Below, piece by piece: positions 1-9,455 of a stretch of 64,000 nt of DNA. Source of the DNA: an uncultured bacterium (GTDB taxonomy: Bacteria; RBG-13-61-14; DATKZS01); the NCBI GenBank assembly GCA_964650485.1, contig CAZYTX010000006.1:38660-102659 (forward strand), read 5' to 3'. The translations under genes and the position numbers were made by a program. Numbering within the stretch: the first letter of the stretch is position 1; the number at the start of each line of letters is the position of its first letter. The notes beneath the pieces were generated by a model. That model worked only from the letters and a program-made list of their open reading frames with translations, did no database searches and was not told the DNA's origin.

Positions 1-932
1 TAGTCCTTTTCCCAGCGGGTGGAATACTTTCCCATCCACTGGAACACGCCCGAGCCGTCCTCCGGCCGCCAGGGACAATCCAGGATGGGTCTTAAACTTT
101 GCGGCTTCACCCCCGCCCCTCTCAGCGCCTCCACGTACTCGCTTATTTTCGCTATCTTGTATCCCTTGTCCTCGTAGTCCTCGAACTTTCTTTCCAGCAT
201 CATCAGCTTTATAGGGTTCTTTCTGAAAAGGCCGGGAAAGTAGGGGGAGAGCCCGCCAGTGGCCACCAGCTCGCCGTCTCCCAGGAAGTGCCACTCGACC
301 TTTATGCCGGCCTCTGGCAGCTCCGCGTCCTTGTTGGTGATAAGGTCCATGCCGTTGACCGTGAAGTAGGGGAAGCGCTGGTCGTCCTGGAACCACTTGT
401 ACTCGCTGGTGGTCATGATTGCCACGTCGTAGCCGTGGTCAACTCCAAGGTATGCCATGCCCTCGCCGAACTGAGCCTCCTGTGCGAAGATCACCCTGGA
501 GCGCTCGATACCGTGCTCTCGAAGCAGCTCTTGGTTCAGCCGCAGAGACCACTCCTGGTCGTGCGCCGGGAACGCGAGCAGGAGCTGGTCAGCGTAGTGA
601 AAGGTGACCAGCTCGGCCTGGCCCGAGTTCACCAGCTTTTTGAACTTACTAAGAACCTCGGGGTAATTATCAGCCATGTACTTGATCATGAGGCCCTGCA
701 TCTCGAAGTCCGCGCCCCAGCCCGGGTGATCCAGAAAGAAGTCCACCAGTGGCTCGAAGCTCTGCTTCACTATCCTGCGCATTGAGGCCTTTGAGCCCAC
801 CACGTACTGGATGTTGAAGTGGTAGAGGTTCAGGACGTAGGCCTTTTCCTGGCTGCTTGCCTGCGCGGAGAGCGGAGCAGCCGGAACCAGGAGAGCAGCC
901 AGTCCTATAAGCATTAGCGACTTTTTTATCAT
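1..932 (-). CDS. Secreted protein of unknown function, partial (C-terminus lies beyond the window start). Translation begins MIKKSLMLIGLAALLVPAAPLSAQA.
   Basis: Hand translation of the minus strand from the ATG at 932-930 gives a clean signal peptide followed by an uninterrupted ORF running off the window edge. The plus-strand track ORF 99..785 is its antisense artifact. The gene sits 22 bp downstream of the preceding membrane-protein gene, suggesting a shared operon. Confidence 0.5.
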   Translation of the reverse strand, partial: MIKKSLMLIGLAALLVPAAPLSAQASSQEKAYVLNLYHFNIQYVVGSKASMRRIVKQSFEPLVDFFLDHPGWGADFEMQGLMIKYMADNYPEVLSKFKKLVNSGQAELVTFHYADQLLLAFPAHDQEWSLRLNQELLREHGIERSRVIFAQEAQFGEGMAYLGVDHGYDVAIMTTSEYKWFQDDQRFPYFTVNGMDLITNKDAELPEAGIKVEWHFLGDGELVATGGLSPYFPGLFRKNPIKLMMLERKFEDYEDKGYKIAKISEYVEALRGAGVKPQSLRPILDCPWRPEDGSGVFQWMGKYSTRWEKD

Positions 933-955
933 GGCCCCCTCCTTGCCAAGCGCCC

Positions 956-1414
956 TTATGTATCTGATGCCCGTGGATATGAGAGGGCAAAGTAGATTAC
1001 CAGGACCGCCCATACAATCAAGATGGTGTATAGGAGCTCGATGGCAAAGCCCACTACAACGGGGTTTATCGTATGTCCCAGTGCGTCCAGCTCGTCTTTT
1101 TTAAAGAACCCCACCCTCCAGATAAGCAGCCTGGAGGCCGAGTATGCACCCCAGGCCAAGGCCAGCGATGCTATTACCAGAACAGCGCGCCTGGCCCACT
1201 CCCATTGCTTGTAAGTGGAGCCCGTCAAGGCCCAGATCACAACCGCCAGAGTCCCTATGTAAACGAGCTCCCTCATGCCGATGGGACGGGTAAGTATCCT
1301 GACAGTCTGGTTATTAATCAACCTGACATAGGTATCTATGAAGTAGACCGTGACCAACGCGGCGCTCCCGAACAGCAGCGCTTGCAAAGCCTTTAAATCG
1401 CGATTCCCTCTCAT
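956..1414 (-). CDS. Small polytopic membrane protein, hypothetical.
   Basis: The 152-aa ORF has several hydrophobic helices (LAVVIWALTG, LVIASLALAWGAY, VVVGFAIELLYTILIVWAVLVIYF). It is co-directional with and tightly spaced to the POR operon. Confidence 0.45.
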   Translation of the reverse strand: MRGNRDLKALQALLFGSAALVTVYFIDTYVRLINNQTVRILTRPIGMRELVYIGTLAVVIWALTGSTYKQWEWARRAVLVIASLALAWGAYSASRLLIWRVGFFKKDELDALGHTINPVVVGFAIELLYTILIVWAVLVIYFALSYPRASDT

Positions 1415-1445
1415 AGCGGGTGCTCCTTGATATGCTTCAGGCCTT

Positions 1446-1874
1446 TTAAAGCCCGTAGATGTCCTTCTCCAATATGGTTATATAATGCCTGCGCAAGACT
1501 TCGATGGCCTCCTCGATGGGCTCCGCGCCCACGATCATGATGGCATTGCCCTTGAGGCGACCTATTACGGGATAGAGGAACTCGATGTTTATGCCCGCGT
1601 CCATGAGCGGCCTGAGAATGGCGTTGAGCCCTCCGGGGTGGTCTGGCGTTTCCACCGCTATGACCTTGTGCACGTCAACCTGGTATGCCCTGCCCTTCAG
1701 CACATCCAGGCCCTTCTCGTCATCGTCCACCACCATGTGCACCTGTGCGTCCTTGCCGTGCACCGAGGCGTTGATGGCGCGTATGTTTATGCCCTCGTCG
1801 CCCATGAGGTCGCTTATCTTGCTGAGTTCGCCGGGCTGGTTTGCAAGCTTCACTGACAACTGGTTTATTATCAT
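1446..1874 (-). CDS. ACT domain-containing protein (tandem ACT).
   Basis: The 142-aa ORF shows two ACT-like beta-alpha-beta-beta-alpha-beta units (GELSKISDLMGDEGINIRAI... and GGLNAILRPLMDAGINIEF). It overlaps the upstream POR gamma gene by 4 bp (ATGA). ACT genes commonly accompany 2-oxoacid:ferredoxin oxidoreductase operons. Confidence 0.7.
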   Translation of the reverse strand: MIINQLSVKLANQPGELSKISDLMGDEGINIRAINASVHGKDAQVHMVVDDDEKGLDVLKGRAYQVDVHKVIAVETPDHPGGLNAILRPLMDAGINIEFLYPVIGRLKGNAIMIVGAEPIEEAIEVLRRHYITILEKDIYGL

Positions 1875-2422
1875 TTATTCTCGCCTCCCCGGTCAAAGTG
1901 CTCGATACCCCTTTGAAACGCCTTGAGGTTCAGCTCCATGACCTTTTTCTTCTTCTCGAAAATAGTGCTTATGGCCCCTTCCACGGCCTTGGCGCTCACT
2001 ATGGAGGTCTTCTGAGCCAGGGCCCCCAGCATGACCATGTTTGCCGAGCGCTCGTTTGCCACCTCGGACGCCAGGGCGTTTGCCGGGACCTCGACCACCT
2101 CCAGGTCGGCCCGGGTGGGCCTTTCATCCACCAGGCTGGTGTTCAGGAACATTATGCCGCCGGGGCCGGCCCAGTTCTCGAACTTTTGCATTGAGGGATG
2201 GTTCATGGCCACTATGTACTCTGGCTCGCTGGCAATGGGGGACGCGATCTCCTCGTCCCCTATGGAAACGGTGCAGTTGGCCGTGCCCCCCCTGACCTCG
2301 GCGCCGTATGAGGGGAAGTACGTCACGTACTTGTCATCCAGCATGGCCGCGTAGGTGAGGGTGTAGCCCATGGAGAGCACGCCCTGGCCGCCAAAGCCAG
2401 CGAAGAAGGTCTTTACTATCAT
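1871..2422 (-). CDS. 2-oxoacid:ferredoxin oxidoreductase gamma subunit (POR/VOR/KOR family).
   Basis: MIVKTFFAGFGGQGVLSMGYTL is the typical N-terminus of POR gamma subunits. The gene sits in delta-alpha-beta-gamma order with the neighbouring subunits. Confidence 0.85.
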   Translation of the reverse strand: MIVKTFFAGFGGQGVLSMGYTLTYAAMLDDKYVTYFPSYGAEVRGGTANCTVSIGDEEIASPIASEPEYIVAMNHPSMQKFENWAGPGGIMFLNTSLVDERPTRADLEVVEVPANALASEVANERSANMVMLGALAQKTSIVSAKAVEGAISTIFEKKKKVMELNLKAFQRGIEHFDRGGENK

Positions 2423-2452
2423 ATCACTTCTTCCAAAACCTTTTTTTCTTGA

Positions 2453-3199
2453 TCAGCCTTGCCCGCGGCGGTCTACGAGGACCCCCGGCGGGAAGTGCTC
2501 CACCATCTCCGTCTCCACCCATTTGCAAGCATCCAGCGGCGTCATCTTCCAGTTGGTGGGACAGGGCGAGAGGAACTCGACCAGGGTGAAGCCCTGGCCG
2601 TTCATCTGCCCCTGTATGGCCTCCCGCAGGGTCTTCTTGGCCTTGTTTATGGTCTTGGGCCCGGTGACCACTACCCTTGCCACGTATGCCGAGCCTGGTA
2701 TCTCCGCGCACAAGTGGGAGATGTCCAAAGGATGGCCCTCCTTGTTCACGGTCCTGCCCGAGGGCGCTGTGGTGGCCTTCATACCCAGCAAAGTGGTGGG
2801 GGCCATCTGTCCGCCGGTCATGCCGTATATGGCGTTGTTTATGAAGATCACGGTGACGTTTTCGCCCCGGGTGGCCGCGTGTATGGTCTCCGCGGTGCCG
2901 ATGGCCGCCAGGTCCCCGTCACCCTGGTAGGAGAAGATCACGTGGCCGGGCAGCATCCTCTTCATGCCGGTGGCCACCGCTGCCCCCCTGCCGTGGGCAG
3001 CCTCCACTATGTCGAGGTCCAGGTAGTTGTACGCAAGCACCGCGCACCCAGCGGGGGCCACTCCCATGGTCTTGTCTCCCACTCCGAGCTCCTCTATGAC
3101 CTCCGCGAGCAGCCGGTGCACGATGGAATGACCGCACCCGGGGCAGTAGTGAGAAATCACCTCCTTCAAGTATTTTGGCCGCTTGTAAACCTTCTTCAT
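2453..3199 (-). CDS. 2-oxoacid:ferredoxin oxidoreductase beta subunit (TPP-binding).
   Basis: The ORF carries a CPGCGH Cys motif and a GDG...N TPP-binding signature (SYQGDGDLAAIG ... NNAIYGMTGGQ). Confidence 0.9.
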   Translation of the reverse strand: MKKVYKRPKYLKEVISHYCPGCGHSIVHRLLAEVIEELGVGDKTMGVAPAGCAVLAYNYLDLDIVEAAHGRGAAVATGMKRMLPGHVIFSYQGDGDLAAIGTAETIHAATRGENVTVIFINNAIYGMTGGQMAPTTLLGMKATTAPSGRTVNKEGHPLDISHLCAEIPGSAYVARVVVTGPKTINKAKKTLREAIQGQMNGQGFTLVEFLSPCPTNWKMTPLDACKWVETEMVEHFPPGVLVDRRGQG

Positions 3200-3209
3200 T
3201 GCATTGCCC

Positions 3210-4295
3210 CTATTTCCTGAGCCTCTGGTAATAGCGCGCTGTTATGACCTTGGCAAGGTCAAGAGGCGTAGGGATCACGCCGCCGGGCCGTGCATACAAA
3301 TGCACGTCCCCCTTGCCATCGAGAGCAAGCCTCACGTCCTCCACCATCTGGCCGGCATTAAGCTCGAAAACCAGGAGCTCTCTTATGCCCCTGTCCACAA
3401 GCTCCTTTATTGCCTTGCCGGGAAAGGGCCAGAGCGTGATCGGCCTCAGCATACCCACCTGCATGCCGTCCCTCCTCACCCTCCTGATGGCCCCCTTGGC
3501 TATCCTGGCCGCGGTGCCAAAGGCCACCACAGCCATCTGTACGTCCTCTAGCTCGTACTCCTCGCACCTGGGCTCCTTTTCCTGTATCAGCCTGTACTTT
3601 CTTTGCAGCTTCCAGTTGTGTTCCTCCATCTCCTTGGTGTCCAGGATAAGGGAACGGCTCTTCCTGCCGGGCCTGCCCTTGGCGCCTGTAAGGGTCCACT
3701 CCTTTTCCGGGAGCTTGCCCGGGTCCACCGGCTCCGGGAGCACTATGGGCTCCATGGTGTTTCCCAGCATGCCGTCGGACATGACCAGCACGGGTGTGCG
3801 GTATTTGTCCGCCAAGTCGAATGCCTGGTAGGTCAGGTCCGCGAGCTCCTGCACCGAGGCCGGGGCCAACACAGGGGTGCGGTAGTCTCCGTGCCCTCCT
3901 CCCCGGGTTGACTGGAAGTAATCGCACTGGGACCCTGCGATGTTGCCGAGACCCGGTCCACCCCTGCACATGTTCACCACCACCGCGGGCAGTTCCTGGC
4001 CGGCCATGAAGCTTATCCCCTCCTGCTTGAGGCTTATGCCCGGGCTGGACGAGCTGGTCATTACCCTGGCGCCGGTTACCGACGCCCCCAGGAGCATGCT
4101 CACCGAAGCGATCTCGCTCTCGCCCTGGATGAATACACCCCCGGCCTTGGGGAGGTTCTCGGACATGTACTCGGGCACCTCGTTCTGGGGCGTTATGGGA
4201 TAGCCCGCGTAGAAGCGGCACCCGGCGCGTATAGCCGCCTCCCCCAGGGCGTGGTTGCCGCGCATGAGCACCTTTTCTTTTGACTTCTTGCGCAT
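3210..4295 (-). CDS. 2-oxoacid:ferredoxin oxidoreductase alpha subunit.
   Basis: GNHALGEAAIRAGCRFYAGYPITPQNE is the conserved POR alpha N-terminus, and the length of about 360 aa fits. Confidence 0.9.
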   Translation of the reverse strand: MRKKSKEKVLMRGNHALGEAAIRAGCRFYAGYPITPQNEVPEYMSENLPKAGGVFIQGESEIASVSMLLGASVTGARVMTSSSSPGISLKQEGISFMAGQELPAVVVNMCRGGPGLGNIAGSQCDYFQSTRGGGHGDYRTPVLAPASVQELADLTYQAFDLADKYRTPVLVMSDGMLGNTMEPIVLPEPVDPGKLPEKEWTLTGAKGRPGRKSRSLILDTKEMEEHNWKLQRKYRLIQEKEPRCEEYELEDVQMAVVAFGTAARIAKGAIRRVRRDGMQVGMLRPITLWPFPGKAIKELVDRGIRELLVFELNAGQMVEDVRLALDGKGDVHLYARPGGVIPTPLDLAKVITARYYQRLRK

Positions 4296-4310
4296 CTTTA
4301 TCCTTGAAAC

Positions 4311-4574
4311 CTATGAGCGCCCGGCAGAGCTCTTCTGTTCGCGCCACACCTCGATTATTCCCTCGGGACACACCACCGCGCAGATGCCGCACCCGGTGCA
4401 CTCGTCTGCGCTCGAAAACACCGCGGGGTAATAGCCCTTTGCATTGTAGTGGTCCGCGAAGCTGATCGAGCCCTTGGGACAGTGCTCGATGCAGTAGCCG
4501 CACCCCTTGCACATCTGCTCGACTATGGTGATCTTTCCCTTGGGCTTCTTGGTCTTCGGGGACATCGAGGACAC
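4311..4574 (-). CDS. 2-oxoacid:ferredoxin oxidoreductase delta subunit (2x[4Fe-4S] ferredoxin).
   Basis: The 87-aa ORF has two CxxCxxCxxxCP motifs (CKGCGYCIEHCP and CTGCGICAVVCP). It is the first gene of the operon. Confidence 0.85.
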   Translation of the reverse strand: MSSMSPKTKKPKGKITIVEQMCKGCGYCIEHCPKGSISFADHYNAKGYYPAVFSSADECTGCGICAVVCPEGIIEVWREQKSSAGRS

Positions 4575-4730
4575 TCCGGTCTACGTATCTTAATAAAAAA
4601 CTTATAACCTGAATCGAAAAATAGATTATATCACTGTTTGCCATAGAAAAAAGGATGATACCAAGGGTTTGTTGTTCTTACTTTGCCGGTCGTGGTATAT
4701 CCTTGCGAAAGTACAGCAAGCTCTTTAACA

Positions 4731-5021
4731 TCATCCTATCAGGGTCTGAGCGTACACTTTTACGTCTTTTTCACTCCAGGCAAAGTCAGGACAGATTTTC
4801 TTCAATATGCTTTTAACGTTCTGAGCGTAGTCTTCGAGCTCGGAGACCGGGATGCCCGGGTCCACCATCTTCCCGATGACCCGCTCGCCCTCGACCCTTA
4901 CTATCTGCAGGTAGTTGGGGTCATTATCCTTGAAGTAGAACTGGTAAGCCGGGATGCACCTGTCCAGGTGACCCTGTAACTTCTCCGTGATCTTCGCGCC
5001 TATTATCAGGTGGTTCTCCAT
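4731..5021 (-). CDS. Hypothetical small protein.
   Basis: A 96-aa ORF sits downstream of a near-consensus promoter (see 5053-5081). No recognisable motif. Confidence 0.4.
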   Translation of the reverse strand: MENHLIIGAKITEKLQGHLDRCIPAYQFYFKDNDPNYLQIVRVEGERVIGKMVDPGIPVSELEDYAQNVKSILKKICPDFAWSEKDVKVYAQTLIG

Positions 5022-5052
5022 GGCTTTTCAGGGAAACTCCAGGATACAAGCA

Positions 5053-5081
5053 ATATTACAGGTGCGGCGCCGGGGTGTCAA
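5053..5081 (-). promoter_or_regulatory. Candidate sigma70-type promoter for the 4731-5021 gene.
   Basis: On the minus strand there is TTGACA (plus 5081-5076), a 17-nt spacer and TAATAT (plus 5058-5053), about 30 nt upstream of the ATG at 5021. Confidence 0.5.
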
Positions 5082-5118
5082 GATTTTTTAGGGGTGAGGG
5101 GTGAGGGGAGAAAAAATC

Positions 5119-5483
5119 GGCCAAGCCGTTCATAAGCCGGGTTCTGTTCCCCCTATCGGGGGCGGCGGCCATTCATCTGGGACACAGGTTGCCCTGCGCC
5201 TCGAGCGGCCTACCCGGCAGCCTGGGGCGGGCCACCCTCGTAACGCTGCCCTATTCGGCCTTGCTCCGGGAGGGGTTTGCCGTGCCGGCCCGGTCACCCG
5301 GGGCCGCGGTGGGCTCTTACCCCGCCGTTTCACCCTTGCCCCTTTGGGGCGGTCTGTTCTCTGTGGCACTTTCCGTGGGATCGCTCCCCCTGGGCGTTAC
5401 CCAGCTCCCTGCCCTGTGGAGCCCGGACTTTCCTCGGACCCCCGGGCAAGCCAGAGGCCCGCGGCCGCCTGAACGGCTTGGCG
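5119..5483 (-). ncRNA. rnpB: RNase P RNA, bacterial type A (M1 RNA).
   Basis: The reverse complement contains GGAAAGUCCGGGCUCCACAGGGCAGGG, GGUAACGCC, AAGGGUGAAACGG, GGUAAGAGC, CCCGGAGCAAGGCCGAAUAGGG, AGAUGAAUG and ACAGAACCCGGCUUAU in the canonical order. A P1 helix pairs 5'-CCAAGCCGUUC with 3'-GAACGGCUUGG, followed by a U-tract. The length of about 365 nt is typical. A TATAAT-like box lies upstream on the minus strand (plus about 5496-5510). Confidence 0.85.
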
Positions 5484-5590
5484 CATTATATATTATAACA
5501 ACTCTGGTTAATCGTGCACGCCTTTGTCATCTTCGACTTTAGGGCTTATATTATTGGCTAAAGCCAAGTCATAAAACAAGGAGGAGAAAG

Positions 5591-6136
5591 ATGGATTTCG
5601 GAAACCTTTTGAAGAGAAGCTGGGACCTATTCTTAAAGGAGATCGTGCAGCTCATCCTGTTCACCGTCGTGGCCGTGGTGCTCTCTCTCACCATCATACT
5701 GATACCCACTGTCACCGGCGGCCTGGCCCGGGGTTTCCTGGGCTACGCGCGGGAGGGCCGGCGCCCGGAGTTCAGCGAGCTTTGGAACTTCGAGCAATAC
5801 GGCCAGATACTGCTGCTCATCATCGTGGGAGGGGTGCTGATAAGCATCGGCTACATGCTGCTCATCATCCCCGGGATAGTGCTGAACGTGTGGTGGCTTT
5901 ACGCCCTGTTCTTCCTGGTGGACAGGAAGATGAACTTCTGGCAGAGCATGGAAGCCAGCAGGGCCGCGGTGGGGGCCTCCGGCTTCATAAACAACTTCGT
6001 GGTGCTGCTGATCGCTTTCCTCTTGAGCGCGGTGGGAAGCGCCGTCTGGATAGGCACTTTGCTCACCACCCCTTTCATCATGGTGATGGTGGCGCTGGTG
6101 TACCTCCAGGTCTCAGGAGGGACGGCACAGGCCTGA
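5591..6136 (+). CDS. Polytopic membrane protein, hypothetical.
   Basis: The 181-aa ORF has a strong RBS (AAGGAGGAG) and four or five hydrophobic helices. Confidence 0.55.
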   Translation: MDFGNLLKRSWDLFLKEIVQLILFTVVAVVLSLTIILIPTVTGGLARGFLGYAREGRRPEFSELWNFEQYGQILLLIIVGGVLISIGYMLLIIPGIVLNVWWLYALFFLVDRKMNFWQSMEASRAAVGASGFINNFVVLLIAFLLSAVGSAVWIGTLLTTPFIMVMVALVYLQVSGGTAQA

Positions 6137-6498
6137 TATCCAGGGACAGGGATGGCAGAAATAAATTCCTTGTTTCGCACAGATACACACCTGCCTGCGC
6201 CGCGCTCCACTTGCGCGGCAGGCAGGGAGGATTGAAAAAGTAAATGCAGGATTTTTTCTTTTCTTAAAATTGGACCTGGCGCCTCATTCCCCTTGGCGGC
6301 TGCATTTCAAAAAATCTCTCCCCTCTCACCCATTGGAAAAGTGTTGTAGTTTCGCTAATTCCAGGTTCAGGAAAATTTAACCCCAGCGGAAAGTCGTGCC
6401 GCGATTTCACAAAAACCTGTCCAATTGAAATTGACAGAAAAGGAGCGAGGAGCGGGGAAAGCGGTAAAAGGCGAAACGCATTGAATATGGTTTAGTGA

Positions 6499-7413
6499 TT
6501 GATAGAATATCTGTTAGTCATGGACCAGGCGGGCATGGAGAGGCTGAACGGCGACATATGGCTGGCACCCGGCCGGCGGGGCGGGCGCTACCCTCACTGC
6601 AACTCCCTTTTGATAGACTCGGGGGAGCGGGCGGTGATAGACCCTGGTTCGAACCGCAGGACCATGCAGGAGCTCTCATCCCGGGGCGTGGGCACGGTGC
6701 TTTTGTCCCACTTTCACAGCGACCACGTGCGCGACCTGAAGGAGTTTTCCGGCTCCAGGACCTGGGTGCACGAGGTTGAGAAGGACGCGGTGGAGAGATG
6801 GGAGGGGGTTGTGCCCCTGGTGTGGTTCCCGGACGAGGAAGAGCGCGACCCGGTGTGGGTGAGGCGCAAGGAGCGGGAGGTGGGCGGCTGGGGCTGGCCG
6901 GTGTCCGGCGCGTTCAGAGACGGGGACACGTTTATGATCGGGGGCGTGGAGGTCGAGGTCATCCACACCCCTGGCCACACCCCTGGCCACTGCTGCTTCT
7001 GGTTCCCGGCCCAGGGCATACTCTACAGCGCGGACATAGACCTGACCGAGTTCGGGCCGTGGTACGGTAACGCCGGCTCGGACCTTGCGGCCTTCCTGCG
7101 CTCAATCCAGGCCATAAAGGAGCTTGACCCCGGTGTCACGGTCACGGGCCACGAGACAGGAGTGATAAACGGGCCGGTGCAGGAGAAGCTGGACCAGTAC
7201 AGAGGCGTGATCGAGCAGAGGCATGAGAGGATCCTGGGGTTTTTAAAGGAGCCTCGGGCGATCGAAAACATCATCGAGCATGCATTCATATACGGCCCTC
7301 ATTTTTCGGCGTCCTTCCGCGCCCCGGAGATGCGCATGGTCAGGCACCACTTGTCCCTGGCTCTTGAGCGGGGCGAGGCCGAGCTAAGGGAGGGGCTGTA
7401 CCGGGCGCTCTGA
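6499..7413 (+). CDS. MBL-fold metallo-hydrolase.
   Basis: The HxHxDH motif is present as SHFHSDHV, with downstream His residues (HTPGHTPGH). Confidence 0.8.
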   Translation: MIEYLLVMDQAGMERLNGDIWLAPGRRGGRYPHCNSLLIDSGERAVIDPGSNRRTMQELSSRGVGTVLLSHFHSDHVRDLKEFSGSRTWVHEVEKDAVERWEGVVPLVWFPDEEERDPVWVRRKEREVGGWGWPVSGAFRDGDTFMIGGVEVEVIHTPGHTPGHCCFWFPAQGILYSADIDLTEFGPWYGNAGSDLAAFLRSIQAIKELDPGVTVTGHETGVINGPVQEKLDQYRGVIEQRHERILGFLKEPRAIENIIEHAFIYGPHFSASFRAPEMRMVRHHLSLALERGEAELREGLYRAL

Positions 7414-7464
7414 TCTATTAAAACCTGTTTTTTACAGGGTCCGTGAAAGCGTGTCGGCCGCCTT

Positions 7465-8616
7465 TCATTTGATCCTGTTCCACATGAGCACCTTGGTTCC
7501 CGGGAAATAGTAGCCCAGGATGGCCTCCGCGGGGAAGCCTGCCTCGGCCATGCCCCTGGCGCCCCACTGGCACATTCCCACCCCGTGGCCCGAGCCCGAG
7601 CCCCTTATCACGAACCCGGAGTCGGTCTTTTCCACCTGGATGGCGGTGGAGAACACCTTCTCATACCCCAGCTTCTTCCTGAACTCCTTGCCGCTCATCT
7701 TGAAGCTGCCGCCCCTTCCAGCGAGCTCAAGCCAGGTGACCCTGCCGCTCAGGTCCCTGCCACCCACTTCCAGGTTCTGCACCGGATACTCCATGCCCAG
7801 CATGGCGGAGAGCTCCTTGCCGGAGATGCTCCCCTGCTCCGGGAACCGCCAGAAGTAGCGGGGCGCGTCCTGGCAGAACCTGCACGAGACCGACTTCTGG
7901 AAGGGCTGGTTCTTGCCTCCCCAGGCCTCGCCGGGCAGCTCGGTCCGCCCACCGCAGCAGGAGTGGTAGTGTCCGATGACAAGCTCTCCGCGAAAAGTCA
8001 GCACCTTGCCACGGGTGCGCCTTGCCGCGGCCCGGGCCAGGTCGTCCTCCGCGGCAACCCCGCCGTAGACCTGGTCCGTGACCGTTCCCTCCAGGTCATA
8101 GGGCTTGTCTTTCCTTTGCTCGGCCCGCTTCAGGGCATAGGTGCGAACGAGCACTGCCTGGGCATCTACCGCGGCCTCGGGCCAGCGCGAATCTATCTCC
8201 TGGTTGATCACCCCGGCCACGTATGACTGGAGGTCAACCCTGTTCACCACGCAGGGCGGCTCTCCCGTGACCTTTATCCTGCCGCGGTAGTGCCTGTTAT
8301 CAACCGAGACGGGGCCACGAGCCTTGAACTCCACCGGAGCGGAAACCCTCTTGTTGTTGATCCGCAGCGCACGCCCGTCCCATGAGAGCAGGGCCGTCTC
8401 TTTCTTTTCCGTTCCCGCGCTCTTGCTCCATGAAAGCCCCTTTGCCCGGATGGTCACTTCCCCCTCCAGGTCGCAGAGCTTAACCCTTACCTCGACAGGC
8501 TCGTACGACTTTTTAGCGGAGAGTGCGAGCAGGGCCGCGAGTGCGAGCGATGACGCGAGCAATGCTTTTGCGGGCCAAGTGAGGTTGCACTTATTATTTT
8601 TCAGCTTCTTCTCCAT
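7465..8616 (-). CDS. SpoIID/LytB domain protein (lytic transglycosylase / amidase enhancer).
   Basis: The C-terminal [20 protein letters not shown] is the SpoIID signature. The likely start is the internal MEKKLKNN followed by a signal peptide ([17 protein letters not shown]). The track ORF extends to 8688. Confidence 0.8.
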   Translation of the reverse strand: MEKKLKNNKCNLTWPAKALLASSLALAALLALSAKKSYEPVEVRVKLCDLEGEVTIRAKGLSWSKSAGTEKKETALLSWDGRALRINNKRVSAPVEFKARGPVSVDNRHYRGRIKVTGEPPCVVNRVDLQSYVAGVINQEIDSRWPEAAVDAQAVLVRTYALKRAEQRKDKPYDLEGTVTDQVYGGVAAEDDLARAAARRTRGKVLTFRGELVIGHYHSCCGGRTELPGEAWGGKNQPFQKSVSCRFCQDAPRYFWRFPEQGSISGKELSAMLGMEYPVQNLEVGGRDLSGRVTWLELAGRGGSFKMSGKEFRKKLGYEKVFSTAIQVEKTDSGFVIRGSGSGHGVGMCQWGARGMAEAGFPAEAILGYYFPGTKVLMWNRIK

Positions 8617-9403
8617 CTGAACCCGGACCCTTGTTTTTATTTTCTTTGTCATCCAGGAAGGGGACCTGTTTCTTGAATGTCTGGGCAAGGTCCTCGGATA
8701 CGATATGGTGGTGCTCCTCCAGCTTCTTCAGCCGCTCCTCGTACTTCTCCAGCACCTTGACCCAGGCCCCAAGCACATCCACAAGCGGGTCTGGCAGGTC
8801 CGCGTGCTGGAGCTTGTCCTGGAACAGGTCACCGAGCGTGTCCTGGTGAGCCGAGACCTTCCTCACCACCCTGCCGGGAACCCCCACCACGGTTGCGCCC
8901 TCGGGAACGTCTCGCACCACCACTGAGCCGGAGCCTATCATTGCACCTTCCCCCACTGTTATGGCGCCCAGGATGCATGCGTTTGAGCCCACCACCACCC
9001 CTTTATGCAGGGTGGGATGCCGCTTCTTCTTCTCGGTGGATGTCCCCCCCAGAACCACGCCCTTGTAGAGCAGGCACTCGTCGCCGACCTCCGCGGTCTC
9101 GCCTATGACTATGCCCATTCCGTGGTCAATGAACACCCGCCTGCCTATGGCGGCCCCCGGGTGTATCTCGATGCCGGTGATGAAGCGGTTGAGGTGAGAT
9201 ATTATCCTTGCCAGTGTGAAGAGGCTCTTTCCATAAAAATAGTGAGCAACCCGGTGTATCCACAGCGCGTGAAGACCCGGGTACGCGGTCAACACCTCCA
9301 GCAGGTTCTTGGCTGCGGGGTCGTTCTCGAAAACCGATCGTACGTCTTCCCTGATTCTTTCAAGCATTTGTCGGGCAATGCTCCGTTTGTCGTTTGTGTC
9401 CAA
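8594..9403 (-). CDS. cysE: Serine O-acetyltransferase with a C-terminal extension of about 80 aa.
   Basis: The ORF has the SATase N-terminal helical domain ([27 protein letters not shown]) and hexapeptide repeats ([41 protein letters not shown]...). Confidence 0.85.
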   Translation of the reverse strand: MDTNDKRSIARQMLERIREDVRSVFENDPAAKNLLEVLTAYPGLHALWIHRVAHYFYGKSLFTLARIISHLNRFITGIEIHPGAAIGRRVFIDHGMGIVIGETAEVGDECLLYKGVVLGGTSTEKKKRHPTLHKGVVVGSNACILGAITVGEGAMIGSGSVVVRDVPEGATVVGVPGRVVRKVSAHQDTLGDLFQDKLQHADLPDPLVDVLGAWVKVLEKYEERLKKLEEHHHIVSEDLAQTFKKQVPFLDDKENKNKGPGSDGEEAEK

Positions 9404-9455
9404 TATAAAACGTATATTTCACCCAAAGGCGCAAGCGTGCAAAGCTGTCACTAAG

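Noticed and set aside
99-785. A 228-aa plus-strand ORF at the window start.
   Set aside because: Its translation is Leu/Val/His-rich in the way typical of the antisense frame of a high-GC gene. The minus strand here encodes a clean signal-peptide protein (MIKKSLMLIGL...) that runs off the window, so the plus ORF is an antisense artifact.
3358-4644. A 428-aa minus-strand ORF overlapping the POR alpha and delta genes.
   Set aside because: It is an out-of-frame overlap with two well-supported POR subunit genes. Its composition (R/G/P-rich) is not protein-like.
5101-5542. Several overlapping ORFs of 73-123 aa on both strands.
   Set aside because: They sit on the RNase P RNA gene. Their Pro/Arg/Gly-rich translations are artifacts of the structured GC-rich RNA sequence.
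6137-6498. A 360-bp intergenic region checked for a tRNA, sRNA or riboswitch.
   Set aside because: It has only a GC-rich hairpin (CCTGCCTGCGCCGCGC...GCGCGGCAGGCAGG) consistent with a terminator for the upstream gene, and an AT-rich promoter-like stretch. I found no conserved RNA motif.
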